Source of the DNA: Candidatus Aenigmatarchaeota archaeon
GTDB lineage: Archaea > Aenigmatarchaeota > Aenigmatarchaeia > QMZS01
DNA length: 64,000 nucleotides
Direction of reading: 5' to 3'
Assembly (NCBI GenBank): GCA_016932615.1
Contig: JAFGCN010000027.1
Location: forward strand, 15,277-79,276
Shown here: piece by piece, positions 39,878-49,979 of the stretch
Layout of the letters: every line of letters starts with the position of its first letter
How positions within the stretch are numbered: the stretch's first letter is position 1
The notes under the pieces: model-generated
Told to the model about the DNA's origin: nothing
Seen by the model: the letters and a program-made list of their open reading frames with translations, nothing else
Database searches by the model: none
Program-made: the position numbers and the translations under genes

Positions 39878-41344
39878 ATTCCTGTTAGTTTCGTTTCCAG
39901 TTACGAAGTTCTGGAAACCTGCGTCCGCAGAGTCGGGAGAAAGGGCGTTCTATCAAATGAGCGAATGCTATACATCAAGAACAAGAATCTAGAGGCGTTT
40001 GCAATTATATTTATATAGAAGTAAGCATTATTAAATTTATAATGGAAAAAGATGAAATATTGAAAGAGATAACAGATAAATATCTTGGTTCAGAAGAATT
40101 CAATGGTTATGCTCTTTATAATTTGGAAAATGAAATACAAAAGATAATTGAATTAGTTAAGGATGAAAAAATTGAAATAAATTTTGGTGATGGGCATCCG
40201 AATTTTCATATTAAAGCATTTGATTGTGATAATGTAGATACTCAATTAAAAAAAATTGATTCAATGGGACTTAATAATTCATGTGCATATCCAACAAAAA
40301 AATATCTCAAAACAAAAATACCTTATGGAAAATATAAAGATAAACCATTTACGAGATTGATTGCATTAGGTGAAGCAACACTAAACTTTGCGGTGTTTGA
40401 TTTAAGTGTTCTAGAAATATATAGAAATGATCCTAGGTTTTCATATTCTACTGATGATGTTGGTGGGCAAATTAACATCTCTGATGATTACTATAAATCT
40501 ACAGAAGTAAAATCCTCCGATAAAATTTTACTTCAGACGTTTGGTTTTTGTTATGAAAAAGAAAAGTTTAATAGAGCAGTTGCAGTATTTTATAGATATC
40601 TGGCTAATTTATCTGATGAACATCAAAAAATATGGCATGCTAAACTTTTGAGTGGAGATTATTTTTTACACCCGGATTATGCCCGAAGTTCTATGGGACA
40701 TTGGCCTGAAAAAGTTTCAATTTTTGAAGCATTTATTGAAGAACTAAAAACGATTAATGAGTTTTCTAAATTAATGAATAGACCAACTTTATTTAAGGAA
40801 GATTTCAAAAATAATAAACCTAGAGATTTTGCATTTTTAATCCGACCAACACTTAAAGAATTTAATTCATTTATTCATTTGTTAGATAAAATGATTTCTG
40901 ACAATATCAATAAAGATTTTTTTAAGGATGATATTGAGTTAGAATCTGAAGAAATTAGAACAGATGGTAAGATTATTGTTAGACAAAAAGCAACGATTAC
41001 TCTACTGAAAGACTGGTTAGATAAAGTAGTCAAATTTCCTGATCCAAAACCTAAGGAAGAAATGATAAAAACAATAAGAAATATTAGAACTATGCGTCAA
41101 CATCCTGCTCATAAAGTTGATGAAGATGTTTTTGACCAAAAATATTTCAAAGAACAAAGAGAGTTAGTTATTGAAGCATATAATGCAATAAGAACTTTGA
41201 GATTAATTCTTGCAAATAATCCTAGAACCAGATCTTATGAAGTGCCAGATTGGTTATATAAAGGAGAAATTTGGTCATTTTGATGTAAACGCCCCCTTCT
41301 ATTTTTTAGCCCTTTCTCCCGATTGAAACTAACAACTGTTTAAC
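39870..41344 (+). mobile_element. Candidate structured gene cassette (nested complementary flanks) carrying an AT-rich HEPN gene
   Basis: 39883-39892/41325-41334, 39931-39946/41309-41324 and 39994-40003/41284-41293 are complementary. Confidence 0.55.
40042..41283 (+). CDS. AT-rich hypothetical protein with C-terminal HEPN-like Rx4H motif (putative defence RNase)
   Basis: IRTMRQHPAH in a helical C-terminus; base composition visibly unlike the flanks. Confidence 0.6.
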   Translation: MEKDEILKEITDKYLGSEEFNGYALYNLENEIQKIIELVKDEKIEINFGDGHPNFHIKAFDCDNVDTQLKKIDSMGLNNSCAYPTKKYLKTKIPYGKYKDKPFTRLIALGEATLNFAVFDLSVLEIYRNDPRFSYSTDDVGGQINISDDYYKSTEVKSSDKILLQTFGFCYEKEKFNRAVAVFYRYLANLSDEHQKIWHAKLLSGDYFLHPDYARSSMGHWPEKVSIFEAFIEELKTINEFSKLMNRPTLFKEDFKNNKPRDFAFLIRPTLKEFNSFIHLLDKMISDNINKDFFKDDIELESEEIRTDGKIIVRQKATITLLKDWLDKVVKFPDPKPKEEMIKTIRNIRTMRQHPAHKVDEDVFDQKYFKEQRELVIEAYNAIRTLRLILANNPRTRSYEVPDWLYKGEIWSF

Positions 41345-41401
41345 GAACTTTATTCTCCTTTGCCTCGTCTTTTATGAGTATTAACGAAATAAGCGGTTAA
41401 C

Positions 41402-43522
41402 TTAATACACAAACAGCATCTCCCTGAACTTGGGCACAGGCCAAAGCTTGTCCTCGACTTCTCCTTCAAGCCCGTCGATTGCTTCCCGAAGGTTTGCCAT
41501 TACGTTCAGCACTTCGCTGGTCTTTCCTGCTTCGATAATTCTTTCAAGGTTTTCCGATTCATGCATGGCCTTTGATATGAGGTTTGAAACCCTGTTCAGT
41601 CTCTTTTCCATTCCGGATATGCTTTTGGCGTTTTTGTTTGCTTCTTTTAGGAGCAAGACCTCTCTGCAAAGATTTCTCTGGTGGCGAAGGGCGGCAGGCA
41701 GAATCATTGTTTTTGCAAGGTCGAGCATGCACTTTCCCTCGAGGTCGATTGTTTTTTCATACATCTCCCAGAGTATGTGGTACCTTGACTCAAGCTCCCT
41801 TTTTGAGTAGACCCCGTACTTTTCAAAAAGCTTTTGGGCTTTTTCGGACCTGAGGTATTCAAGGGCTTCGGGAGTTGCCCTGATGTTTAAAAGCCCCCTT
41901 CTTTTTGCCTCTTCCTGCCACTCGGGGCTGTAGTTGTCGCCGTTGAAGATTATCCTCTTGTGCTTTCGTATTGTTTCAAGCAGCACTTTCTGAAGCGCCT
42001 GATTGAAGATTTCCCCTTTTTTGGTAAGGGCTTCGGCTTGGCTGCATATTTCGTCCAGCGCTTCTGCGATAATTGTATTGAGGACCGTGTTTGCTCCCGC
42101 GCATGACTGGCTTGAGCCAACTGCCCGAAACTCGAATTTGTTTCCGGTAAAAGCAAATGGAGAAGTCCTGTTTCTGTCTGTCGTGTCTTTTGGTATCGGT
42201 GGAATTGAGCTTACACCGATTTTCAGCATTTCCTTTGGCTTTCCGGTGCCATTTCTGCCGCTTTCAATCCGAGAAATTATCTCCGTAAGCTCGTCGCCAA
42301 GCGAGATGGAGATTATTGCTGGAGGCGCTTCATTTGCGCCGAGCCGGTGGTCGTTTCCGCTTGAAGCAACTGACGCGCGAAGAAGGTCTGCGTGCTTGTC
42401 AACAGCCATAATGACCGCGCAAATGGCTGTGAGGAATTTTGCGTTTTCCTGCGGGTTGTGCCCCGGGTCAAGCAGGTTTTTTCCGTCAGGGCCAAACAAG
42501 CTCCAGTTGTTGTGTTTTCCGGAGCCGTTTACTCCCTTGAATGGCTTTTCGTGAAGCAGGCATACAAGGCCGTGCTTTTCTGCGGTTTCTTTCAGTATCT
42601 GCATGATCAGCATGTTGTGGTCCACCGCAAGGTTTTGCTCCTCATAGAGGGGCACTATCTCGAACTGGGCGGGGGCGACTTCATTGTGCCTCATCTTTGC
42701 GGGTATGCCAAGCTTCCAGCACTCCTTGTCAACTTCCTCCATGAAGCAAATGACTCTTTTCCTTATGCTTCCGAAATAATGGTCTTCCATCTGCTGGTGC
42801 TTTGAGCCGATTCTTCCAAAAAGAGACCTCCCCGTCAGTATGATGTCCGGCCTTTCCAGGTAAAAGTCCCTGTCGATTAGAAAATACTCCTGCTCTATTC
42901 CCACCATCGGGACGGCTTTCTTGTCTGGAAGTTCTTCGCCGAATAGCTTCAGAAGCCGCCTCGTGGACTTGGAAAGCGCTTCGGCAGACCTTAGAAGAGG
43001 GGTTTTCTTGTCAAGCGCATCCCCGTTGTAAGAGTAGAACGCGGAAGGAATGCAAAGTGTCGGGCTCTCGCCGATGTACTTTATGAATGCCGGGCTTGTC
43101 GGGTCCCAGGTTGTGTGGCCTCTTGCCTCGAATGTTGCGCGAAGTCCGCCTGAGGGAAAGCTTGAAGCATCCGGCTCCCCGGAAACGAGGTTTTTGGCCG
43201 AAAATTTCATTATTGCCCTTCCGTCCGAAAGGGGCTCCAAAAATGCCTCGTGTTTTTCTGCAGTGAGTCCCGTCATCGGCTGGAACCAGTGGGTGAAATG
43301 CGTTGCGCCTTTTGAAATCGCCCAGTTTTTCATGCCTTCAGCGACGTCACCCAGCAGCTCTTCAGGGAAAGGGTCTCCCCGGTCCAGGGTGTTTTTGAGC
43401 GCGGTAAAAGCGGGGGTTGGCAGATATGCGCTCATTGCATTAAGCCCAAAGGAATTCTCGCCGTAGGTTTCCGTGATTTCTGTTTTTCCGGCGTTATCTG
43501 CGGCCATACCTAATCTTTCCAT
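41402..43522 (-). CDS. Glutamine synthetase type III
   Basis: THFTHWFQP.TG.TAEKH, EPDASSFPSGGLR.TFEARG, NGSGKHNNWS, DRNRTSPFAFTGNKFEFR. Confidence 0.95.
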   Translation of the reverse strand: MERLGMAADNAGKTEITETYGENSFGLNAMSAYLPTPAFTALKNTLDRGDPFPEELLGDVAEGMKNWAISKGATHFTHWFQPMTGLTAEKHEAFLEPLSDGRAIMKFSAKNLVSGEPDASSFPSGGLRATFEARGHTTWDPTSPAFIKYIGESPTLCIPSAFYSYNGDALDKKTPLLRSAEALSKSTRRLLKLFGEELPDKKAVPMVGIEQEYFLIDRDFYLERPDIILTGRSLFGRIGSKHQQMEDHYFGSIRKRVICFMEEVDKECWKLGIPAKMRHNEVAPAQFEIVPLYEEQNLAVDHNMLIMQILKETAEKHGLVCLLHEKPFKGVNGSGKHNNWSLFGPDGKNLLDPGHNPQENAKFLTAICAVIMAVDKHADLLRASVASSGNDHRLGANEAPPAIISISLGDELTEIISRIESGRNGTGKPKEMLKIGVSSIPPIPKDTTDRNRTSPFAFTGNKFEFRAVGSSQSCAGANTVLNTIIAEALDEICSQAEALTKKGEIFNQALQKVLLETIRKHKRIIFNGDNYSPEWQEEAKRRGLLNIRATPEALEYLRSEKAQKLFEKYGVYSKRELESRYHILWEMYEKTIDLEGKCMLDLAKTMILPAALRHQRNLCREVLLLKEANKNAKSISGMEKRLNRVSNLISKAMHESENLERIIEAGKTSEVLNVMANLREAIDGLEGEVEDKLWPVPKFREMLFVY

Positions 43523-43604
43523 TTTGGGATATATCCCCCGGTAATATGAAATATTACCTGTCGTTGATATTCTGCTTTGTGATTAGTTATCTATTGATTT
43601 AGTT

Positions 43605-44318
43605 ATGAACCTCTACGGAAAGCGGCCGGTAATCGAAAGAATGAGGGTTGACCCCGAAAGCATAAGGGCAATCTATGTTGAGGGAGGAACCCATATCGAG
43701 GAGCTCTCAAGGATTGCCCATGAAATCGGCTTTCGCCTTAACAAAATACCGAGGGACAAGTTCTACCGCATGTCGAGGGGGCTTAACACCCAGGGTGTGA
43801 TTGCAGAGGTCGAGGACTTTGTTTACAACGATTATGAGGACATAGTCTCCGCGCCTGACGAAATAAAGCCGATACTGGTTTTTCTTGACGGGGTCACTGA
43901 CCCGCAGAACCTTGGCTCGATTATCAGGAGCTTGGCGTGCCTGGGCGGCTTTTGCCTTGTCCTTCCCAGAAGAGAATCCGTTGACGTAAATGAGACGGTT
44001 CTCCGGGTCGCTAGCGGCGGCGAAAGCCACATGCCCATTTGCCAGGTTTCAAACCTCAGCAATGCGATTATCCGCGCTAAACGGGAGGGCTACTGGATTG
44101 GCGCAACAGTCGTAGAGGGGGGAGTGAACCCTGCCAAAGCCCGCTTGAATTTTCCGCTTGGCCTGATTTTCGGCTCGGAAGGCCAGGGGATAAGGCCGGG
44201 GCTGATGAACAGGGTGGACTATATGCTCACGATTCCAATGAAGGGCGCTGACCTGTCCTTCAATGTCGCGGTGGCGGCAACCCTTTTCTGCTACGAAGCT
44301 GCAAAACAGAGGGAATGA
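43605..44318 (+). CDS. SpoU/TrmH RNA 2'-O-methyltransferase (RlmB-like)
   Basis: QGV, DPQNLGSIIRS, GSEGQG, SFNVAVA. Confidence 0.88.
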   Translation: MNLYGKRPVIERMRVDPESIRAIYVEGGTHIEELSRIAHEIGFRLNKIPRDKFYRMSRGLNTQGVIAEVEDFVYNDYEDIVSAPDEIKPILVFLDGVTDPQNLGSIIRSLACLGGFCLVLPRRESVDVNETVLRVASGGESHMPICQVSNLSNAIIRAKREGYWIGATVVEGGVNPAKARLNFPLGLIFGSEGQGIRPGLMNRVDYMLTIPMKGADLSFNVAVAATLFCYEAAKQRE

Positions 44319-44386
44319 TTTCCAAAAGCCCATCTTTTGACTTTTTCTGGGCTTCCTGAAAAATAACTTATAAATAATAGCTATTT

Positions 44387-44704
44387 ATGGACAGCCCTGA
44401 AACAAGGCCCACCGCAATAAAGGATTCTGTAACTGATGCGGGCATCTCAAGAAATGAGCTTAAGCGGCTTTATTCCGAATTCCGCTCTTTTGGCGAAGGC
44501 GAGCAGGCAATGCCCATAGGTGACCCCAAGGGACTTATGGGCAGGTTCAAGTACCGTGAAGGGGACTTCAAGATGTTTATGCGTGCTTTCAACAAGGCGG
44601 CAATGGAATTCAATATTCCCATCTTCATAAAGCTTGACAGAAACACGCATCGCTCTTTTCTCTGCTACGAGAACAAAGGAGGGGTCTTATTTAGCGTTTT
44701 CTAG
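44387..44704 (+). CDS. Hypothetical protein
   Basis: ORF only. Confidence 0.5.
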   Translation: MDSPETRPTAIKDSVTDAGISRNELKRLYSEFRSFGEGEQAMPIGDPKGLMGRFKYREGDFKMFMRAFNKAAMEFNIPIFIKLDRNTHRSFLCYENKGGVLFSVF

Positions 44705-44739
44705 GTTATCTAGAATTTTATTTATTTTTCAGTAGTTTT

Positions 44740-45090
44740 ATGGAAGGAACTTACAAGGTTCAGTTGCTTGACGCCGGCCCCAACAGCCCGTTTGGAAATG
44801 GTATGATGGTATATAAGGAGAATTCTCCTTTTGCCTGGATTAAAGTACCTTCAGGCAGTGGTGAGCTTAAGGAAGGTTTGCCGGGTTTCCTGAAAAATTC
44901 ATTCAAACTGCCTGAAAAGCCGGTTATGAGCGTATTGAAGCCCTTTGGCCATTTTGGCAAGGAACTTGCCTGGGAAACAAAGCCCTTTAATTTTAGATGC
45001 GGATTGGGCTTGGTGTATAGTTTGATTGATTATGCCACCCGTAATAAATTAAAGCCCTCAGACCCAATTTACCTGAACGCAAGCCCATGA
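44740..45090 (+). CDS. Hypothetical protein
   Basis: ORF only. Confidence 0.5.
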   Translation: MEGTYKVQLLDAGPNSPFGNGMMVYKENSPFAWIKVPSGSGELKEGLPGFLKNSFKLPEKPVMSVLKPFGHFGKELAWETKPFNFRCGLGLVYSLIDYATRNKLKPSDPIYLNASP

Positions 45091-45130
45091 AAATTGCAAA
45101 ACCAAATATCTACTTTAAACTCATTTGATT

Positions 45131-46216
45131 ATGGACGCCATGCAGAGGATGGATCTGGTAAAACTTGACCCTATAGAGGAAATTATAACTGAGGATGAGC
45201 TTTTGGAGCTTCTGAAGATAAAGGAGCGGCCCATTGTCTATGACGGCTTTGAGCCTAGCGGAGTAGCCCACCTTGGGACAGGAGTTCTCCGGGCGATAAA
45301 GATTCAGGACCTTCTTGATGCGAACTGCCGGTTCAAGCTTCTTCTGGCTGACTGGCACGCAATGCTTAACAACAAGATGGGCGGCGACCTTGAAAGGATA
45401 CAGAAGGCGGGAAAGTACCTTATCGAGGTCTGGAAGGCCTGCGGAGTCGACACGAGCAAGGTCGAGGTCGTATGGGCGTCTGAAATGGTCAAAAACCCCG
45501 ACTACTGGAAGCGCGTCCTGGAAATCGCAAAGCTTACCACTGTGAGCAGGATGGTGCGCTGTTCGACGATAATGGGGAGAAGCGAGGGTGAAATGCAGTA
45601 TGTTTCCCAGCTTTTCTACCCCGCGATGCAGGCATCTGACATTTTCGAGCTTGAAGTCGACATCTGCCAGCTTGGAATAGACCAAAGAAAAGTCAACATC
45701 CTTGCAAGGGAAATCGCCCCGAAGCTTGGCTACAATAAGCCGGTTTGCGCCCACCACCACCTTCTTATGGGTCTTCAGGGAGCAGCCAAGATGAATTACG
45801 GCGAAGGCGAGGAGGAAAATAAGGAGATTGACGCGAAGATGAGCAAGTCAAAGCCAGAAACCTGCATATATGTCCATGATTCGCCTGAAGACATTGCAAA
45901 GAAGCTGAAAAATGCCTACTGCCTTACAAAAGTTGTCGAGGGAAACCCTGTCCTTGAGCTTTCGCGCTACATAATATTCAGGAAGCAGAAAACCCTGCTG
46001 ATTGAGAGGCCGGAAAAGTTTGGCGGAAACACAGAGTACTCAAGCTACAGCGAGCTTGAAAACGCCTTCAGGGAGGGATTAGTCCACCCCATGGACCTTA
46101 AAACTGCGGTTTCAAGGGACTTAGCAAAGATACTTGAGCCAGTAAGAGTGCATTTTGAAAACAACCCTGAGGCGCGGGAATTATATGAAATTGTAAGGGG
46201 AGGAATCACCCGCTAA
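45131..46216 (+). CDS. tyrS: Tyrosyl-tRNA synthetase
   Basis: YDGFEPSG..HLG, YPAMQ.SD, G.DQRK, KMSKS, HPMDLK. Confidence 0.96.
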   Translation: MDAMQRMDLVKLDPIEEIITEDELLELLKIKERPIVYDGFEPSGVAHLGTGVLRAIKIQDLLDANCRFKLLLADWHAMLNNKMGGDLERIQKAGKYLIEVWKACGVDTSKVEVVWASEMVKNPDYWKRVLEIAKLTTVSRMVRCSTIMGRSEGEMQYVSQLFYPAMQASDIFELEVDICQLGIDQRKVNILAREIAPKLGYNKPVCAHHHLLMGLQGAAKMNYGEGEEENKEIDAKMSKSKPETCIYVHDSPEDIAKKLKNAYCLTKVVEGNPVLELSRYIIFRKQKTLLIERPEKFGGNTEYSSYSELENAFREGLVHPMDLKTAVSRDLAKILEPVRVHFENNPEARELYEIVRGGITR

Positions 46217-46240
46217 AAAGGGCTTCCCGGGTGTTCGAGT

Positions 46241-46735
46241 ATGCGCGCAGAGCTTAAGCCGGTGGACTTAAAGCCGGGCTATCTTGAATGGGTTGGGCTA
46301 AGGCAGCCGTTGGAGTTGGCGGAAATAGATTATGGTGTGGCGAGGGAACTTGCTGGGGAACTGAATGCTCAGATGACTGGAAACAAATACCACGTTTATT
46401 TTCTTCCTTCAAAAGGAATTTTTGACCCGTGGGATAGCGGCTGGAAGGGCTTTAGACAACCACTTGAAGTGACTGGGGTGGACTAAGCAACTCTTTGCCC
46501 AACTTCGGGAAGGGGGATTAGGTTCGAGTTTGGCAGCAAAGTTTACTGCCCCAGCCCGTTTACATGCGTTGCCGGACGTATGCTGTCAGGCAATGCCTCA
46601 ATTTACCTTGCGCTTGGGGTCCGCACCGAAAATAATCCTGAAGTCTATATTGAAGGGTCTCCTGAAGTCCTTAAAGTCTCCAAGAAAAAGGGGCCGAATT
46701 TTGACAGCAGTATCTTTGACGGGCGTTTTGTATAA
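46241..46735 (+). pseudogene. Orphan ORF interrupted by a single in-frame TAA (46484-46486)
   Basis: The same frame stays open for 82 further codons to TAA 46733-46735, ending just before the next gene. Confidence 0.5.
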
Positions 46736-46747
46736 AAAGATTATATT

Positions 46748-47371
46748 ATGGCATTTAGCGTCAGGCAGAATATTCTTACCGCAGGAATCGCCATTCTGAT
46801 GGTGTTTTTTGTCTCTTATGGGATTGGCTCTTTTTATCCCGCCCCGGAGTATTCCGACTTCTGCACGCAGGGAATTTTGGGCTTTGCAATAGAGTCGGAA
46901 AGCCAGTGCCAGGAGTATGGAGGGAAGTGGATGAATTACACGGCTCTGCAGATTCCCACCCTTCAGGAGCAGTATGTCTGTACGCGCATGCCTTCGGACA
47001 ACCAGACCGAGGTTCGCCTTTCATGCACAGTTGCACCCGAAAGGAGCGGGTACTGCGAAGTCGACTATTACTGCTCAAAAGATTTCGAGGCGGCAAATGA
47101 AATTTACCGGAGGAACTTTTTTGTCGCTTCCGCCTTTTTAGGCATAATTGTTCTTGTCCTTGGAGGAGCCGTCCTGAAGCTTGAAAACGTTGGAGCAGGG
47201 ATAATGGGCGGCGGCCTTCTGGTAATTCTCTACGGGATAGTCAAGTACTGGGGGCTTGCAACAGACATGATTAAGTTTTTGATGACCGGAATTGCCCTGG
47301 CAGTTCTGCTGTGGCTTGGTTACAAAAAGCTGAATCCGGAAAAGAAAAAGAAAGGCAGATTTCTGAGATAA
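46748..47371 (+). CDS. Membrane protein with Cys-containing extracellular loop
   Basis: 4 TM segments; FYPAPEYSDFC. Confidence 0.7.
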   Translation: MAFSVRQNILTAGIAILMVFFVSYGIGSFYPAPEYSDFCTQGILGFAIESESQCQEYGGKWMNYTALQIPTLQEQYVCTRMPSDNQTEVRLSCTVAPERSGYCEVDYYCSKDFEAANEIYRRNFFVASAFLGIIVLVLGGAVLKLENVGAGIMGGGLLVILYGIVKYWGLATDMIKFLMTGIALAVLLWLGYKKLNPEKKKKGRFLR

Positions 47372-47402
47372 CCTCCCACTAGTATTGATTGTAGCTAAAT
47401 TT

Positions 47403-48659
47403 ATGGAGCCGGACAGAAAACAAAAGGTTCTAAGGAAGGGGGAGCGGGCGGTACAGGTTTCTGCGGCAGTTTCGATAGTGCTTATTGTTTTGAAGGCGGC
47501 GGCGGGGCTTTTGTCCGGAAGTATAGCCCTTCTTTCAAGCGCGCTTGACAGCTTTGTCGACACCCTGGGGATGCTTGCGGGCTGGCTTGGCCTTAAAATC
47601 GCCCAGAGAAAGCCGGACAAAAGATTCCATTACGGGTATTACCGCGCCGAAACGCTTGCAACGCTTTTCATGTCCTTTATCATCCTTTATGCGGCATTAA
47701 GGTTGCTCCTGGAGGGGTACTCCCGCCTCTTTTCTGCAGCGGACATTAGCTATCCCCTTTTGGGCCTTGCTGTTGCGGCAGTAAATATCCTGGCCTCTTT
47801 TTTTCTCTCCCGATATCTGGCTCGGGTGGGAGAAGAAACTTCCTCTCCACTTCTTACAGTTGCCTCAAGGGAGCGCCTAACGGACATCCTTTCGGGCATT
47901 GTTGTTTTTATCGCGGTCCTTACAAGCTACCTTAAGGTTCCTTATGTTGAGGGGCTTGTGGTAATTGGAATTTCGCTTCTTATTCTCAGGGTGGGCATGG
48001 CATCTGTTAAGGATTCGGTTTTGGTGCTGATGGACGTGTCCCCCAGCAAGGCATTTGCGTCAAAGATCGGCGAGGCGGTTATGTCTGTCGGGGGCGTGTC
48101 GTCTTACAATCACCTTCGCATGAGAAAGAGCGGGCCCTTCGTGTTTTGCGAGCTTAGCATCAGGGTTAAAAAGTTGGCAAGCGTATATAAAGCCCATGAG
48201 ATAGCTGAAACTGTAGAAATGAAGATTAAGGAGAAATTGGGCGAAATCGCTTCAGTGACAGTCCATATAGAGCCAGACAATGAAGGCAAAAGCAGGATTG
48301 CAATTCCCGTAAGCTCTTGCGTCGGCCTTGAGTCCAAAATATACCCGGATATTGCCGAAGCGCCATGCATACTTTTTGTGGATGTCGACCGTGATGGAGG
48401 TAAAATAGATAGGCATTATGTGCGAAAGAATCCTGCGCTTGGGCTTAAGGAGAAAAAGTGCATAAAAGCCGCGAAGATGATTCTAAAGGAAAAGCCGGAT
48501 GTTCTCATCGTTTCCCGGATGTGCGTACCTCCGTTTCACCTTCTAAAAGAGCAGGGGCTTGTTGAAATATACTCCTCGAGGGGAGCCACAGCCAAATCTG
48601 CAGTAAGCAATTTTCTTAAGGGAAACTTGAAAAAGATGAAGACAAAGCAACTGGATTAG
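47403..48659 (+). CDS. Cation diffusion facilitator with C-terminal NifB/NifX-like domain
   Basis: S.ALL..ALDS..D, YGYYRAE, AHEIA, VHIEP, then IAIPV...AP..L.VD. Confidence 0.88.
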   Translation: MEPDRKQKVLRKGERAVQVSAAVSIVLIVLKAAAGLLSGSIALLSSALDSFVDTLGMLAGWLGLKIAQRKPDKRFHYGYYRAETLATLFMSFIILYAALRLLLEGYSRLFSAADISYPLLGLAVAAVNILASFFLSRYLARVGEETSSPLLTVASRERLTDILSGIVVFIAVLTSYLKVPYVEGLVVIGISLLILRVGMASVKDSVLVLMDVSPSKAFASKIGEAVMSVGGVSSYNHLRMRKSGPFVFCELSIRVKKLASVYKAHEIAETVEMKIKEKLGEIASVTVHIEPDNEGKSRIAIPVSSCVGLESKIYPDIAEAPCILFVDVDRDGGKIDRHYVRKNPALGLKEKKCIKAAKMILKEKPDVLIVSRMCVPPFHLLKEQGLVEIYSSRGATAKSAVSNFLKGNLKKMKTKQLD

Positions 48660-48686
48660 GGTGCAATTTTGTGTTTATGGTTTTGG

Positions 48687-49607
48687 CTAGTCTGCTTTTT
48701 TAAGAATGTCTTTTGTAAGGAAATATGTGGCCTTGAGTATATCTGACTTTTCGGATTCGTTTTCGGGATGGATTATCAGCTTTATCTTCAGGTACCAGTG
48801 AGGGCCGTCGGCGTCAATCTGGACATTCGCGCTTTCTCCGTCTTTAAGACCGGAATTTACGAAGGATTTTATCTTCTTTATTCTTGCATCTATGTCTTTA
48901 GGTACCCTCGAGATTTCAAGCTTTATCTCCTGGTACATTCTGTCGCGCCCCATGTTTAGGACGTTCTTTTCCAGGATTTGCTTGTTGGGTATCTTTACGG
49001 TTTCCTTGGGGTCTGAAACCGACTCGATGGTGATGAAGAAAGTTCCGATTTTGGTGACCATTCCAACATCCTCGCCCATCTTTATAACATCCCCTATCCG
49101 GAAGGGCTTTTTCTGCAGTACTATCAGCCATATGAAAAAGGAAAGTATTATTTCCCTGATTGCAAAGGCGACGCCTGTTGTTACGAAACCGAGGTATATC
49201 GCGATATTTTCCTGGGAAACCCCAAGTCGCCAGAGTATGATCCCTAGGGCAACCATATAAATAAAACTGGAGTAGAGTTTGGTGAATATGATGTTCTGCT
49301 CGACTTCAAACTCCCCCTCGAACAGGTGAAAAATCTTGTCGACAGTCAGACGGACAAAAAGAGAGGCTGCAAGAAAGGATATTACAGTTACGAAAAAAAT
49401 GTCGGCAATATTGATTATTATCTCAGGCACATTAAGATAACCATTCCTGTAGGCGACAATCGGCACAAGAATGAGGAGTGCAAGGGCAAGGAGCATTACC
49501 GCACGCTTCTGGAACTTATCCTTTAGCTGGGACAGGCGTTCTTTTCTAGCTCTAAACTGCTCTTCAATGTGGTTTCGTTCGAATTTCAGCTTTTTGGAGT
49601 AAAGCAT
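48687..49607 (-). CDS. mscS: Small-conductance mechanosensitive channel
   Basis: KPFRIGD.I, G.V..IG, IPN. Confidence 0.85.
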   Translation of the reverse strand: MLYSKKLKFERNHIEEQFRARKERLSQLKDKFQKRAVMLLALALLILVPIVAYRNGYLNVPEIIINIADIFFVTVISFLAASLFVRLTVDKIFHLFEGEFEVEQNIIFTKLYSSFIYMVALGIILWRLGVSQENIAIYLGFVTTGVAFAIREIILSFFIWLIVLQKKPFRIGDVIKMGEDVGMVTKIGTFFITIESVSDPKETVKIPNKQILEKNVLNMGRDRMYQEIKLEISRVPKDIDARIKKIKSFVNSGLKDGESANVQIDADGPHWYLKIKLIIHPENESEKSDILKATYFLTKDILKKAD

Positions 49608-49651
49608 ATATTATATACCCGCTTGAATATAAATCCTGCAGCTAATTGGGG

Positions 49652-49909
49652 CTAAAGAGACATGTCAGGATCTTCATTTTCCTCTATTTCAAACATGGAA
49701 TAGAGCTTTGATACAAGCCCCGCATAAAGTGCCATCGCCTGCTGGGGGTGCTCGGTCATAATGTGATTTACCAGGGCTAAAAGCTCTTTGCTCATCATTG
49801 CGGCATTGAACATGTCTTCATTGTCTGTTGCAAAGTTCAGTTTTATTCCTGACTCAGAGGAGGATTTCGTGTCTATAGTCTTGTCGCAGATTTTGCATTT
49901 GACTCTCAT
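49652..49909 (-). CDS. Small Zn-finger-like protein
   Basis: CKIC ... H...EH. Confidence 0.55.
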   Translation of the reverse strand: MRVKCKICDKTIDTKSSSESGIKLNFATDNEDMFNAAMMSKELLALVNHIMTEHPQQAMALYAGLVSKLYSMFEIEENEDPDMSL

Positions 49910-49979
49910 AAATGGTATTTAAAAAAGTACTTAACCATCATGCTACAGAGCAGTTGGCAAGAGATAATATGTTTTTTCG

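Noticed and set aside
39870..41400. Group I/II intron or classical IS around the HEPN gene
   Set aside because: No recognisable catalytic core or domain V, no interrupted host gene, no transposase or target-site duplication
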